A stretch of DNA of 64,000 nucleotides from a virus, in IMG/VR virus record IMGVR_UViG_3300033153_010718, positions 1-64,000 of that record, one strand, 5' to 3'. The translations under genes were made by a program, and so were the position numbers. The notes below the pieces were generated by a model. That model was not told the DNA's origin, did not search any database, and worked only from the letters and a program-made list of their open reading frames with translations. How positions within the stretch are numbered: the first letter of the stretch is position 1; each line of letters starts with the position of its first letter. Below are positions 1 to 11,415 of the stretch, piece after piece.

Positions 1-79
1 GGTCTACCGCAGACCTGGCGATCTTCTTGTTCCAGCGGCCTTGGTCACGGGCGGTGAACTTGCGGTAGTCGGTGGGCAT
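1..79 (-). CDS. partial hypothetical protein, runs off the window edge (MPTDYRKFTARDQGRWNKKIARSAVD...)
   Basis: GAGGT RBS before ATG at 79; frame open to position 1; ends in SAVD, possibly another copy of the shared motif. Confidence 0.5.
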   Translation of the reverse strand, partial: MPTDYRKFTARDQGRWNKKIARSAVD

Positions 80-210
80 CGTGTTGACCTCTGCCCGCAG
101 ATTAGAACAATGGTCAACACTCTGCAAGCTGCCCGGATGCAGAAGAGGCGGCAGCTCTCGCTACCGCCTCGTTCCGCTGACAATCGCTCTAGGCCGCTAT
201 GCGGCGGGCG

Positions 211-1647
211 CTAGAACAGGTTATCGATCTCGACGCGTGCGAAGAACTCGGGACGCACGAGACTGATCTTGTGACGCGTGCGGACCGCGCGGCGCAAGGA
301 GAGATCATTCGGGTCGATGAAGTTCGGGGTGATCTCCATCGGGACGTAGGGGCTGTAGATCAGGCCCGTGTCCAGGATGCTCGGTCCCTGGAACCCCATG
401 AGAATCTGATTCTCGGGGAACATGGGATCGACGAAGATCATCCACTTGCGGCGCAGGACACCCTGCTTGACGATCCCGCCCTGGTAGACGTGACCCTCTT
501 CCACCGCCGTGAAGCCGTCGATGCAGTCCAGCAGCGAGGCGACCTCGGAGCTGGTGATGCACCAGTTGCAGGGCGCGCGCTGGGTGCGCCGGTGCACGAT
601 GTGGCTCGCGCGCGACATGCGGATGACCAGGCTCTTGAGGTGCCTGTCGTCGTCCACGCCGCTCGGGGTCGCGCGGTCCCACTTGACCACGGCCATGGGC
701 TCGACAGCGTTCAGCGCCGTTCCGGCGATCTCGCGATCGATCTCGGCGGTCATCTCGTCGGACATCATGGCGACGTTGTCGGCGTCCACGTCCCGGCCCC
801 ACATGGCCTTGAGGTCGTCGGAAGCCTCGACGCTGGCCAGGCTCTTGAGCTTGCGGCTCTCGGCCTCGATCGACTTGATGTCGATGTCCAGCTGCACCTC
901 GGGGATGCGCGCGTTCAGCTCGTTGTCGTAACGGTACTCGATCGTGATCGCGTCGCCGTCCGCGGGAGCCGAGCCGAACACCAGACCGAGCTGGCCGCTC
1001 TGGTAGTTGACCGCGCCCGTGCCGCCGGCCATGTTCGTGCCAGCCACGACCGCGAAACCGCCAGCGCCGTTGTCGGTCGCGTTGACGATGCCGTTGACCT
1101 TGACGACCACGGTGCTCATCTGAGGCCGGGGCCACTTCAGGTTCTGGTTGTAGTCCAGCGTGACCGCATCGCCGGTGCCGAAGCGCTCGCCGTCGATGAA
1201 GTTGGAGCTGTACCACTTGTTCAGCACCTTGTTCATCTCGGTTCCGGCGACGACGGAGCCCTTGTCCGTGGCGTAGCGGGGCCGATAGAACGCGATTCCG
1301 CCGATCGGCCCAGTCATGGGCTGAACGGAAGCGATCTGGGTGGCGACGAGGCGCACGGCGGTCCGGCGAATCACCGGAAGCACGTACTTCATGAAGGGGC
1401 CGACATTCAGAGCGCGCGTCTCTTCGGTCAGTCGCAGAAGGTGACGCACCTCCTGCTCGATCATGAGCGCCGCGACGCCCTTGACGTAGTTGACGTAGCC
1501 GGGAGGCGAGCCGGACGAGATGTCCTCCTCGATGCCCTCCAGCATGTCTCCCCACTTGGCGACATACCGAGCCACCGCCGACGTGTCCTCGATCGGGCAC
1601 GCCTTCGCGAGGTCGGTCTGTCCTAACATTCGCCGTGCCGTCAGCAT
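211..1647 (-). CDS. gp23: major capsid protein, T4 gp23-like
   Basis: gp23 motifs QPMTGPIGG, SRKLK...E...DL.A..G.D.D, TAEIDREI, GLIYSPYVP; downstream of protease and portal. Confidence 0.95.
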   Translation of the reverse strand: MLTARRMLGQTDLAKACPIEDTSAVARYVAKWGDMLEGIEEDISSGSPPGYVNYVKGVAALMIEQEVRHLLRLTEETRALNVGPFMKYVLPVIRRTAVRLVATQIASVQPMTGPIGGIAFYRPRYATDKGSVVAGTEMNKVLNKWYSSNFIDGERFGTGDAVTLDYNQNLKWPRPQMSTVVVKVNGIVNATDNGAGGFAVVAGTNMAGGTGAVNYQSGQLGLVFGSAPADGDAITIEYRYDNELNARIPEVQLDIDIKSIEAESRKLKSLASVEASDDLKAMWGRDVDADNVAMMSDEMTAEIDREIAGTALNAVEPMAVVKWDRATPSGVDDDRHLKSLVIRMSRASHIVHRRTQRAPCNWCITSSEVASLLDCIDGFTAVEEGHVYQGGIVKQGVLRRKWMIFVDPMFPENQILMGFQGPSILDTGLIYSPYVPMEITPNFIDPNDLSLRRAVRTRHKISLVRPEFFARVEIDNLF

Positions 1648-1689
1648 GGCTCTACCTCCTGGTAAACGAGACGCCGCAGAATTGCGGCG

Positions 1690-3465
1690 CTACCTCCGTG
1701 ATTGGCCGTTGCGTACCGCGCGAGCCAGGTTCGTCTGTTCCGTCAACGAAGTGCCCAAGAACGACAGGTCGTGGGCCGCCTCTCCGTTGCCGCGTTGTTG
1801 TTCCTCTTGCGCGACCTCTTGCTCGTAGGCGACGCGCTCGTCTTCGCGCATGGTCTCGCGCCCGCCGGACATCGCTCGCCGCACGCGCTCCAGCGGTCCG
1901 CCGGCCTCCTGCCCGCGCGTCTCGTAGCGCGTCGCCACCTCGTCGAGCTTGCGCTGCGACTTGATGCGGCCGTTGTGCACAGCCTCCATGATCTGCTGGC
2001 GCTTCGGGTGCCCGACGGTGCGGTCGCTGGCATAGGCGAACAGCGTTGCCTTCTCGCCGGTGCTCAGCGCGCTGTGCAGCTCGTCCTCGCGGCGAGCGAT
2101 CAGCTTGCGGGCCTCCGACAGCTCCGCGTCCTTGTTGGCGAGGGTCGCGAGGAACTGCTCCTGCAGGCCGTCGATCCGGCCGGCGATCTCCTCGCGGAAC
2201 GTAGAGTTCTGCTCGTCGAGCAGGTGCAGCCGCTGCTCGGCCTGCGTCGCCCGCTCCTCGGCGACCGCCGTCTGCTGCGCAGCCTCCTCCTCGGCCTCCT
2301 CCTGGGCCTTCTCGACCGAGGCCAGCGCTGCCTCGACGCGGGTGCGCAGCTCCTCGGCCGTCTTGCACTCGGTCACGTTGCCGATCATGTCGCGGACGTG
2401 GCGGTGATGGGGGTGCCCGGCCAGCTGCTCCGACACGTAGAGGCGGAAGGCCAGCTCGCAGCCCTTCTGCTCCAGCTTGGCGATCCTCTCGGACTCGGCG
2501 CCCCTGGCGGCCTCCTGCTCGTCCACCACCTTGGACAGCTCGTCGATCTGCAGATCCTTCTCGCCGAGTACCTTCTTCCCTTCCGGGTCTGGACGGAACG
2601 GGTGGACCATCTCGGCGATCCTGCCGAGGGCCATCTTGGCGCCGGCAGTCTCGGGGTCGGAGGCAAAGTCCGAACGGACTTCCTCTTCAACCGCAGTTCG
2701 CATCTCGGCAAGGGACCGCACGAGCTTGGCGGCGAAGTCCTCGCGCAGCTCCTCGGCAACTTCCTCGCGCAGCTTGGCGCGGTCCTCGTCGCTGTTCTCG
2801 GCGACGGTATCGGAAGCGATGCGCAGCGCGTGCTCCTCGATCTCGCGCACGGCGTCGGGGAACTTCTGCCGCAGCGCGGACTCGGTGACATTCGCCGGGT
2901 CGATGAGGATCTTCCCGGTCGGGTTGCCTTCGGTGTCCATGTCTTCGGTGAACATGGCCGGATAGGCGTCGTGGCAGGCGGGGTCCGCCACGAAATCCCA
3001 CGTGTTGAGCTTGAAGTCCTCGCCCACCATGTCCCAGCCCTTCGGACCGGAAGCGGTGGAGCCCATGCCCCGCGAAGACATGCCGATGGCGGCGCCTCGC
3101 CGCAGGAACGCGGCAAGGTTGCGACCGGCGTCGGCTTCTTCCACGACCTCGAACTTGCCGTGGACCTCGCCGTTGTTCTCCATCCACAGGCCGCGCATGA
3201 TGCAGCCCGCTTCCCGAACACGGCTCTTGCCGTCGCCGGGGTGATCGACGGCGCCCAGCACCGAACCTTGCTTGATTCGGGGCTGGAGCCGGGCGATCTC
3301 CCGCTCCATGACGGAGCGGGGGTAGACACGGTTGTTGGCCGTCGGCTTGTCCACGTGACCGATCTTGCCCTGGACGACGAGAGTCCCGCCGTCCTCGCCC
3401 TCCACCACCTGCAACTTCAGGGGAGGACCGAACTGATCGATAAGCACGCGCCGGTGAACCGTCAT
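1690..3465 (-). CDS. gp21: prohead protease (T4 gp21-like) fused to a coiled-coil scaffold region
   Basis: N-terminal NNRVYP, GAVDHP, IGMSSRGMGS, WDFVADPA motifs; long E/A-rich helical C-terminus. Confidence 0.9.
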   Translation of the reverse strand: MTVHRRVLIDQFGPPLKLQVVEGEDGGTLVVQGKIGHVDKPTANNRVYPRSVMEREIARLQPRIKQGSVLGAVDHPGDGKSRVREAGCIMRGLWMENNGEVHGKFEVVEEADAGRNLAAFLRRGAAIGMSSRGMGSTASGPKGWDMVGEDFKLNTWDFVADPACHDAYPAMFTEDMDTEGNPTGKILIDPANVTESALRQKFPDAVREIEEHALRIASDTVAENSDEDRAKLREEVAEELREDFAAKLVRSLAEMRTAVEEEVRSDFASDPETAGAKMALGRIAEMVHPFRPDPEGKKVLGEKDLQIDELSKVVDEQEAARGAESERIAKLEQKGCELAFRLYVSEQLAGHPHHRHVRDMIGNVTECKTAEELRTRVEAALASVEKAQEEAEEEAAQQTAVAEERATQAEQRLHLLDEQNSTFREEIAGRIDGLQEQFLATLANKDAELSEARKLIARREDELHSALSTGEKATLFAYASDRTVGHPKRQQIMEAVHNGRIKSQRKLDEVATRYETRGQEAGGPLERVRRAMSGGRETMREDERVAYEQEVAQEEQQRGNGEAAHDLSFLGTSLTEQTNLARAVRNGQSRR

Positions 3466-3521
3466 AAGTGTCTCCGTAGGCTAGATGTTGAACGAGTAAA
3501 GCACCAGGTGCCAGCTGGCGG

Positions 3522-4796
<1,275 letters not shown>

Positions 4797-4805
4797 GGGT
4801 GTCTC

Positions 4806-5633
4806 CTATGCGGTGTCCTTGGTGTTTTCGGCGAGGCCCTTCAGAAACCTGGCCCCCAGCAGAAGGTGCCCGGCCATGTTCGCCACGCCCTCGTAGACTC
4901 CGGCCAGCTCGCTCTCGTCTTGGCGATCCGCCGTCGTCAGGGCCTGGATGGCGTACTTCAGGTCTGCCGCGATCTCGCGCGCCGTGGCGGCGGTGCCGAC
5001 CGGCGTCTGCGTCTCGGCAAGTGTCTTGATCGCACCGGCGGCCGTGCGAGCGGCCTCGGTCAGCGCTGCCTTGAGATCTTCCATCGTCCCGGGCAGATCG
5101 CCTTCGCGGATCGCGGGCAGCTCGATCTTGGCATCGGCCCCCACCGCCTCACGCACGACGCGATGCCAGTCGGCGTCCCGCTGCACGGAACGCTTGGCGA
5201 CCTCGGTCTGCACTCTGGTCGCGAGGTCCCCGCGGAAGTTGAGCGCGTTGGCGATCCCTGCCACCAGCGGCGTCGCCGACACCAGATCGTCGGCAAGGAT
5301 ATGGCTGACTGCGGCTTTCGCGGCCTCCATGACCTCGGCAGCCACGTCACCGATCGGCTCGGGAATCTCGAAGACCTCAACCTTCCCTAGCGTGACAGTT
5401 CCGTCGGCCTGGTCCTCGATCTTCACGCGCATGAGCGTCCCGTCGCGGGACGCGAGCACGTGGTGCGGGTAGGTCGCCATGAGCTGCGCGGGGCCCGCAG
5501 CCCACTCGGGCGTCTGCAGCGCCTCGATGATCTGCTCGCGGCGCGCCTCCAGGGAACCCTCGCGCAAACGCGAGAGCCGGTCGTCGGCCTTACGCGCGTT
5601 ACGCAAAATCGAGATGATGGCAGTGTCGTCCAC
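4806..5633 (-). CDS. hypothetical head-module protein
   Basis: 275-aa ORF tightly packed between portal and core genes. Confidence 0.7.
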   Translation of the reverse strand: MDDTAIISILRNARKADDRLSRLREGSLEARREQIIEALQTPEWAAGPAQLMATYPHHVLASRDGTLMRVKIEDQADGTVTLGKVEVFEIPEPIGDVAAEVMEAAKAAVSHILADDLVSATPLVAGIANALNFRGDLATRVQTEVAKRSVQRDADWHRVVREAVGADAKIELPAIREGDLPGTMEDLKAALTEAARTAAGAIKTLAETQTPVGTAATAREIAADLKYAIQALTTADRQDESELAGVYEGVANMAGHLLLGARFLKGLAENTKDTA

Positions 5634-5702
5634 GGCGGGTGCCCCTATCCTTCGTTTCTACGATCTACATCTATCCCTGGCAAGCACCCACCGGGGGTTA
5701 CG

Positions 5703-8700
5703 TCAGCGCCGCCCTCGGCGACTCTGGCCAGATGAGAAGCCCCGGCCCGACGGGAGGGCCATCATCCGGCCGTTTTGCTCCCGGAGCGCGAGCTTCTTCA
5801 GATCGGCGAAGAAGCCTCGGCGCGTGTGCTCGCGCGCGGCGAACTCCCGGTCGCGCCGATCGTCGCTCGACATGATGTTGCCGAGCTTGTCCACGATCTC
5901 CTGGTGCCGGCGCCGGGACTCCTTGTCGCGCTGCTCCTCCAGTCGGCGTTGGCGATCGTAGCGCCTCTGCTCCTCTGGCGTCTTGGCGGTGCCTTTCTTG
6001 ATCGCAGGCTTGCCGAACTTGGGCGCGGGCTTGGGCTTAGGCTCGGGCTTGCCACCAGCTGGCGCCTCCTCTGGCTCCTCCTCCGGCTTCTCCTCCGGCT
6101 CCTCCTCCGGGGCGCCACCCTCTTCTCCACCCTCTTCTCCACCCTCTTCTCCACCCATCGCCTCGCCGCCCGCGTAACTCGGCAGCTCGCCGGCCTGCTC
6201 CTCCCCGGCATCCTTCTTCTGCTCCTTCTCGATCGCCTTGATGTCGGCGTCGGAGAGCTTGAGGACGTTCTCTTGGATCCAGCGCGTGGACGTCCACGGA
6301 GCCACTCGGCTGGCGTAGTCCGCCGCCGCGTTCATCGTCTCGTAGGCCGCCAGCTCCCAAATCCCGGACGGGATCGTCATCTCGACGGAGAACTCCGGCT
6401 TCCACGGATCCTTCACGCCGCGCGCGGCCAGGTGCGTACGGATGATCCGCTCCCACCCAAGCCGCAGCTCGCGCTGCAGGTTCAACGTCACGCGCGCGGC
6501 GCGGACGTCGTCGTTCGACAGGATGCTCTTGCCGGGAATGCCGCCGTCCTGGCCGAGATAGTCGCTCGGCACGTTGAGCGTGCCGTGGAGCATCTTCTTG
6601 AAGTACTCGACGTCGTCCATGCTGTTGTGGACGAAGACGCCAGCCTCAAGCGCGAAGCACTCCGTGCCCGCGACGGTGAGGTCGTAGACCGGCTCTTGCC
6701 TGCCCGTCTTGCGGACGAACGTGACTTTGTGATTGCCAGGCGCGGCGGCGCGGCCCCGCGCGACCCAACCTGGGATATGCGCCTCAGCGAACGCACGCCA
6801 CGTGATACCAGCCTCGCGGAGCACACGCTTGATCACGCTTTGCGACAGCTTGGCCTCGTGCATCAGCTCGCGGACCGTGCGCGCCCCGGTCGCCTCGACC
6901 AGCTTGGCCAAGTCCTCGACAGACTCTACGGCTCGCCAGCGAGGGTTCTTCGCCCCCCTGATCCGCCGCTTGTGCTCCTCGCCCTGATTCCATGCCGTGA
7001 GGAGCTTGCTGTGCTTCGCCTTCTCCTCGGGCTTCGCCATCCGCGCCTTCATGCGCTTCCGGTGCCGCTCCTGACGAGCCGGATCGTTGGCCCACCGATC
7101 GCGAATGGACTGCCTGTTGGCCTCCGACTGGAGCGTTGCGCGCCGTTTGGCGGCTACCTCTGGCGAATGCAGCTGGCGGGCGTTCTCCTCGTGCAGCTTC
7201 GCGTGCGCCGAGCGCGTCACGCGCTGCAGCGCGGTCGGACGGTTGTCGCGCTTCCCGTTCTCGTGGTGGATCACGGTGCCCTTGATCCAGCCCTGATCCT
7301 CGTTCACAGCGTCGTAGACGCGCTGGTGCGTGTAGGCGTAGTCGTCCTCGGCCGGGTTGTAGACCTGCTCGTAGCCGTCGAGGCGGTCGCCGGCGGCCTT
7401 GGACGTCACTCGCCGATACAGCGGCATCAGCGAGTCGTCCTTCTTGAGATCTCTCGCCAGCACCCAGCGACCATCGCGCGTCAGGAACGGGTGGTTCCAG
7501 GTGCACTCCACGGTCTCGCCGTTGTCGAGCCCCACCTCCCAGATGTCCGCGCTCTCGTGAGAGAGCCGCGCAGAGCGCGCTTCGCCGGGGACGACCTCCC
7601 CGTCCTTGTTGCAGGAGTAGACCCAGTGCTTGCCGCCCTCGTCGGCCATCTCCTTGATGGTCTTGCTCGCGCCGTCGAGGAGCGGGATCCGGGTGCTGCC
7701 GACCAGGCATTGGTAGTCGGGACCGGCCAGCACGTCCACGCCGGCCAGCTCCTTGCCGTCGCGCACGGCAATGAAGATGTCCTCGTCCCGGGCAACCGCG
7801 TTGTAGCGCATGTCCAGGCGCCCGGTGCGCGGGTTGACCATCTTCTTCTTCTTGAGCGCGGACTTCGCCTGGCGAAGGAAGCCCTCCACCTTGTCCACGG
7901 GCACGTCGGTAACGTCGATCCGGTACACGAACCTCGCGGGCGCGCGGGTGAGCTTGTAGATCATCACGCTGTCTTCGAGCATGATCAAGCGTTTCCAGAT
8001 CCACCTGGCGCCTTCAGCGACCGAATTGTGCACCACCAGGCCATCGCAAAGGAAGTTGTGGTCGGTGTCGGCGACGCCGATGTCGTAGACCTCCTCTTCG
8101 CCGCAAGACTCGATCGACTTGATCGTTTCGAGCGCGAAGTCGCTGTCGCCGTCGAGGCGCTCGTCGTGCCACGTGATCGTGTAAGTCGGACCGCCCTTGA
8201 TGGGCTGGTCCTCGGCCTGCACCTTGCCGCTGTGGTAGTGAACAGTCCCGGCCTTGATACAGCCGTCGCGCGGCGCGCGCTCGCGAATGTTCCCGCACGT
8301 TAGCCCGAGTCCGTCCACCAGCGTCTTGATGTCCCGCACCAGAGCACGGTTGCATAGCTCGGTATGGTAGCGAACACGCCCATCCTGTTCCGTCGTCCAG
8401 CCATCCGCGTCGCGATACCCCTCCTCCAGGGCGAACACCCAGCTGGGAACGCGCTTGTCGTGCGCGCCGCCGATCCAACCGAGGTCACGTATGAGCGAAA
8501 CAAGCACGGTCGAGTTGGCGTGGACCTGCGCATTGTCTGTTGCCCTGCCGGGATTCGTTCCAAGCTCGGCCAGGTAGCTCTCGTAGTAGGCGTTCACGTC
8601 CTCGTTCGTGCCGCGCGCGAAGCAGAGCTGTTGGTCGGTCAACCAGCCGTCGCCGAGCATGAAGCCGAGGAACCGGCAGAACCGCTCGTCCACGAAGTCG

Positions 8701-10454
8701 GGAAGCCGTAGCTCGTTCGTGGACGGGTCGCGGTAAACGGCGAACGCGCCGTTGAACAACTCAAGTCCGACGGTCTGGAAGACACGCCGCAACGCCCCGA
8801 GGTCGATCGAGGAATTGCCCTCCAGCACGTCGCTCGCCTGCTTGCGTGTCAGCCCCTCCCGCTTGAGCGCGCCAGCGAGCCCGCGATCTCGTGGCCCGTA
8901 GCGAGTCGCGCGCCCATAACCGCTGGTCTGGAGCGCGGCGATACCGCGGTCCGTCAGCGACACGCGCGCGGCATCGTTGCCCATGTAGTCGAGCCGCAGC
9001 CCGAGCGGAGGCGGCGAACCGAGCGCCGGAGCCTTGGTCGCGGCGACGATCTCGTCCCCGACCTTCAGCTCCTCCAGCGGCTTCCAGCGGTTGATGCCGC
9101 CAACACGAACCAGGAACGGGTGGTTGGCAGTCGCGCGAATCTCGCGATGCACCGTCTTGAGCCGGAAGATCTCGCGAACGCCGTTGCACGTCGTGTCGAT
9201 CACCTTCGTAGTCCGAAGCATGCCGGCGTGTCGGCAGAACACGCGCTCGCCGACCTGGACATCGACAATGGGCTTTGGCCCTTGCTCGGTCCAAACGAGC
9301 CCATCGGCCGGGATGCACACTCCGTAAGGGGACCGCCGTCGCGTGGCCCTCATGCGGAAGTGGGCGACCTGCCAGTCCTCGAACAGCGCGAGGTTGGGAG
9401 GGATCTGCGCCTGGCCGGCCAACATCCGCCGCAGCTCCTGACCGTTCGCCGTGAACTTCCCGGTGATGTCCTGCACGAACCCGATCAGCCCGCCGTCGAG
9501 CCGCTCGACCCGCCGCACGGTGGGCACGGGCAGCAGGTTCGTGCCGACCACGCCGTTCTCGGTGATGAGCAGCTCCAGGAGATCGTTGCCCATCATCCCG
9601 AGCCCGTAGGCTTGGCTCCAGATCTCGTCCTCGACGCGCAGCACCTTGTGCAGGAGATCGTCGCCGATCCCGACGAGCGCCTTGTCCTGGCTCTGCGTCC
9701 AGATCGTGCGCCCGTCCTTGACCGACGGCTGCGTCGCGTCGTTGGCGAAGTAGCGGAACGCCGAGTTGTGGATGACCGCGCCTTCGCACACGAAGTTGTG
9801 CGTATCGGTGGTGATGTCGTAGACCTTTGCCTGGCCGGCGGGGTGCGGATTCCCGACCACCCCCAGCTGGCCGGAGCGCAGCGCGCCGATGAGGGTCGTG
9901 CCGGATGGGGAGAACCCGCCGTACATGCTGACGATCGTGTCGCCAGCGACGAGATCCTGGGCGTCCACGTAACCGCGGTCGGTGGTAAGGAGCTTGTGAT
10001 CGGCCGTCACCCGCATCTTCGAGCCGTTGCTGAGCGGGAAGGCGATCACCTCAACATCTCGACCGGAGAGCCTGGCGTGCGTCGCCTCCGTCGCGACGAT
10101 CTTCTTCGCCTTCACGTCGTAGGCGAGGATCTGCTGCTGGTCGTCGTCCATCGCCAACTGCTCGATCGGCACCGGCGAGCAGACCGCGCCGTCCATCACG
10201 TAGACGCGCATGCCCTCGGCGACGCAGTTTATATCCGGGTACTCCTCCATCGCCTCGTAGTCGGCGAGGCGGTCCATCAAGGACTGCGAGACGGTGAGCA
10301 GTCCGCCGATGTCCTCGCGGCCCCACACCGAGAACATGCTCGGGACGAGGTTGCGAGCTGCCGCTACCGAGGGCGAGTCCGCCTTCGCCCTCTCCTCGCG
10401 CTCAACGCCAAACACGGCGCGTAGCGCGCCGACTGCTCTGTCTCTAAGCGCCAT
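5703..10454 (-). CDS. gp20: portal protein (T4 gp20-like) with three inteins; ~636 aa after splicing
   Basis: extein motifs YEAMEEYPDI and LEDSVMIYKLTRAPARFVYRIDV match gp20; three C...HN/S intein junctions. Confidence 0.92.
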   Translation of the reverse strand: MALRDRAVGALRAVFGVEREERAKADSPSVAAARNLVPSMFSVWGREDIGGLLTVSQSLMDRLADYEAMEEYPDINCVAEGMRVYVMDGAVCSPVPIEQLAMDDDQQQILAYDVKAKKIVATEATHARLSGRDVEVIAFPLSNGSKMRVTADHKLLTTDRGYVDAQDLVAGDTIVSMYGGFSPSGTTLIGALRSGQLGVVGNPHPAGQAKVYDITTDTHNFVCEGAVIHNSAFRYFANDATQPSVKDGRTIWTQSQDKALVGIGDDLLHKVLRVEDEIWSQAYGLGMMGNDLLELLITENGVVGTNLLPVPTVRRVERLDGGLIGFVQDITGKFTANGQELRRMLAGQAQIPPNLALFEDWQVAHFRMRATRRRSPYGVCIPADGLVWTEQGPKPIVDVQVGERVFCRHAGMLRTTKVIDTTCNGVREIFRLKTVHREIRATANHPFLVRVGGINRWKPLEELKVGDEIVAATKAPALGSPPPLGLRLDYMGNDAARVSLTDRGIAALQTSGYGRATRYGPRDRGLAGALKREGLTRKQASDVLEGNSSIDLGALRRVFQTVGLELFNGAFAVYRDPSTNELRLPDFVDERFCRFLGFMLGDGWLTDQQLCFARGTNEDVNAYYESYLAELGTNPGRATDNAQVHANSTVLVSLIRDLGWIGGAHDKRVPSWVFALEEGYRDADGWTTEQDGRVRYHTELCNRALVRDIKTLVDGLGLTCGNIRERAPRDGCIKAGTVHYHSGKVQAEDQPIKGGPTYTITWHDERLDGDSDFALETIKSIESCGEEEVYDIGVADTDHNFLCDGLVVHNSVAEGARWIWKRLIMLEDSVMIYKLTRAPARFVYRIDVTDVPVDKVEGFLRQAKSALKKKKMVNPRTGRLDMRYNAVARDEDIFIAVRDGKELAGVDVLAGPDYQCLVGSTRIPLLDGASKTIKEMADEGGKHWVYSCNKDGEVVPGEARSARLSHESADIWEVGLDNGETVECTWNHPFLTRDGRWVLARDLKKDDSLMPLYRRVTSKAAGDRLDGYEQVYNPAEDDYAYTHQRVYDAVNEDQGWIKGTVIHHENGKRDNRPTALQRVTRSAHAKLHEENARQLHSPEVAAKRRATLQSEANRQSIRDRWANDPARQERHRKRMKARMAKPEEKAKHSKLLTAWNQGEEHKRRIRGAKNPRWRAVESVEDLAKLVEATGARTVRELMHEAKLSQSVIKRVLREAGITWRAFAEAHIPGWVARGRAAAPGNHKVTFVRKTGRQEPVYDLTVAGTECFALEAGVFVHNSMDDVEYFKKMLHGTLNVPSDYLGQDGGIPGKSILSNDDVRAARVTLNLQRELRLGWERIIRTHLAARGVKDPWKPEFSVEMTIPSGIWELAAYETMNAAADYASRVAPWTSTRWIQENVLKLSDADIKAIEKEQKKDAGEEQAGELPSYAGGEAMGGEEGGEEGGEEGGAPEEEPEEKPEEEPEEAPAGGKPEPKPKPAPKFGKPAIKKGTAKTPEEQRRYDRQRRLEEQRDKESRRRHQEIVDKLGNIMSSDDRRDREFAAREHTRRGFFADLKKLALREQNGRMMALPSGRGFSSGQSRRGRR
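6624..7709 (-). mobile_element. intein 3 (362 aa) with HNH endonuclease
   Basis: DYQ|CLVGSTRI ... FVHN|SMDD; HQRVY...IHHENGKRDNRPTAL HNH core. Confidence 0.92.
8025..9317 (-). mobile_element. intein 2 (431 aa) with LAGLIDADG-type endonuclease
   Basis: PYGV|CIPADG ... VVHN|SVAEG; FLGFMLGDGW and YRDADGW motifs. Confidence 0.92.
9765..10226 (-). mobile_element. intein 1 (154-aa mini-intein)
   Basis: PDIN|CVAEG ... VIHN|SAFRY; block B VTADHKLLT; no endonuclease. Confidence 0.9.
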
Positions 10455-10486
10455 CGGTCTTCTTCCCGGTCTGGGGCTTCACGCGA

Positions 10487-11182
10487 TCATACAGCACCGT
10501 AGGCCCCCATCAGGAAGATACCGCCGGCCGCGAAGGTCTCGCCGATCTGCGGCAGCACGTCGTAGACCTGCTCCTGCTCGAACTGCTCTTGGCCGAGAAT
10601 GCGGTGATTGTTAGGCGGCGGTGCCCACACTCGCTCGGCCATGCGCCGGAGCTTCGACTTGTTTCCGCGCCGCGGCTTGCCCTCGGTCACGAGGTTCGTC
10701 GGCTCGCAGTTCTCTGGATTGCCGTCCTGATGGCGCACGCGGACCCCTGAAGGAATTGGCTCCTCCGTAGCCCATTCATACACTAATCGCGCGACAGACC
10801 GCCATGCTTTCCTGTCGCAAGCCGCCGGCAACGCCCGCCTGTGCTCGCCGAGTTGCTTGAACAGCGGATGCGCGTCGCGCTTCCGCGCCTTGAGGTAGAG
10901 CGGCATCACCCGCGTGCCCGCGGACACGTAGCGCGCGTCAACCTGGTCGCCCTCGCGCGTCAGCAGCACCTGGTCGGGAGTCACGTGCAGACTGGTGCCG
11001 TCGTCGAGGACAACGCGATGGGTCTGCGCCATGCGGTGCTCGGCGTTCACGAAAATGCGGCCGACCGTGATCTTCCCGCCGTCCCACTGGAAGCAGTAGA
11101 CGGCCGCCTCCATTGCGGCCAGCTGGGCAACGGTCCGCGGTCCGCGAAGGGTGTGGATGATCATGTCGGCAGCGAGGCTCAC
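10487..11182 (-). CDS. free-standing Hint (intein-like) domain protein with HNH insert, lacking splice termini
   Basis: N-terminal MSLAADMII, block B VTPDQVLLT, VMPLY, HQDGNPENCEPTNL, VYDV; ends IFLMGAYGAV with no HN. Confidence 0.75.
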   Translation of the reverse strand: MSLAADMIIHTLRGPRTVAQLAAMEAAVYCFQWDGGKITVGRIFVNAEHRMAQTHRVVLDDGTSLHVTPDQVLLTREGDQVDARYVSAGTRVMPLYLKARKRDAHPLFKQLGEHRRALPAACDRKAWRSVARLVYEWATEEPIPSGVRVRHQDGNPENCEPTNLVTEGKPRRGNKSKLRRMAERVWAPPPNNHRILGQEQFEQEQVYDVLPQIGETFAAGGIFLMGAYGAV

Positions 11183-11184
11183 GG

Positions 11185-11412
11185 CTACCCCCGCGTGACC
11201 GTAACCGTGAACTCGTCGTCGTCGCCGTCCACGACATCGAAAACCTTGCCGCCGTGCTCGACGCCGACGTACTCGACGGATCCGCCGCCGGTCGTTTTCT
11301 TGAGGTACTTCAGGAGCGCGTTCTTCTCATCGCGCCCTTTGATGGTCGCGTCGAACTCGCCGAAGTCGGCATCGAACTTGGCTTCTGTCAGCACGCGATC
11401 ATAGAGGCTCAT
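11185..11412 (-). CDS. small protein with N-terminal MSLYDRVLTE motif (candidate internal head protein)
   Basis: N-terminal motif shared with ORFs starting at 11775, 34510, 34019 and 35399. Confidence 0.7.
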   Translation of the reverse strand: MSLYDRVLTEAKFDADFGEFDATIKGRDEKNALLKYLKKTTGGGSVEYVGVEHGGKVFDVVDGDDDEFTVTVTRG

Positions 11413-11415
11413 GTA

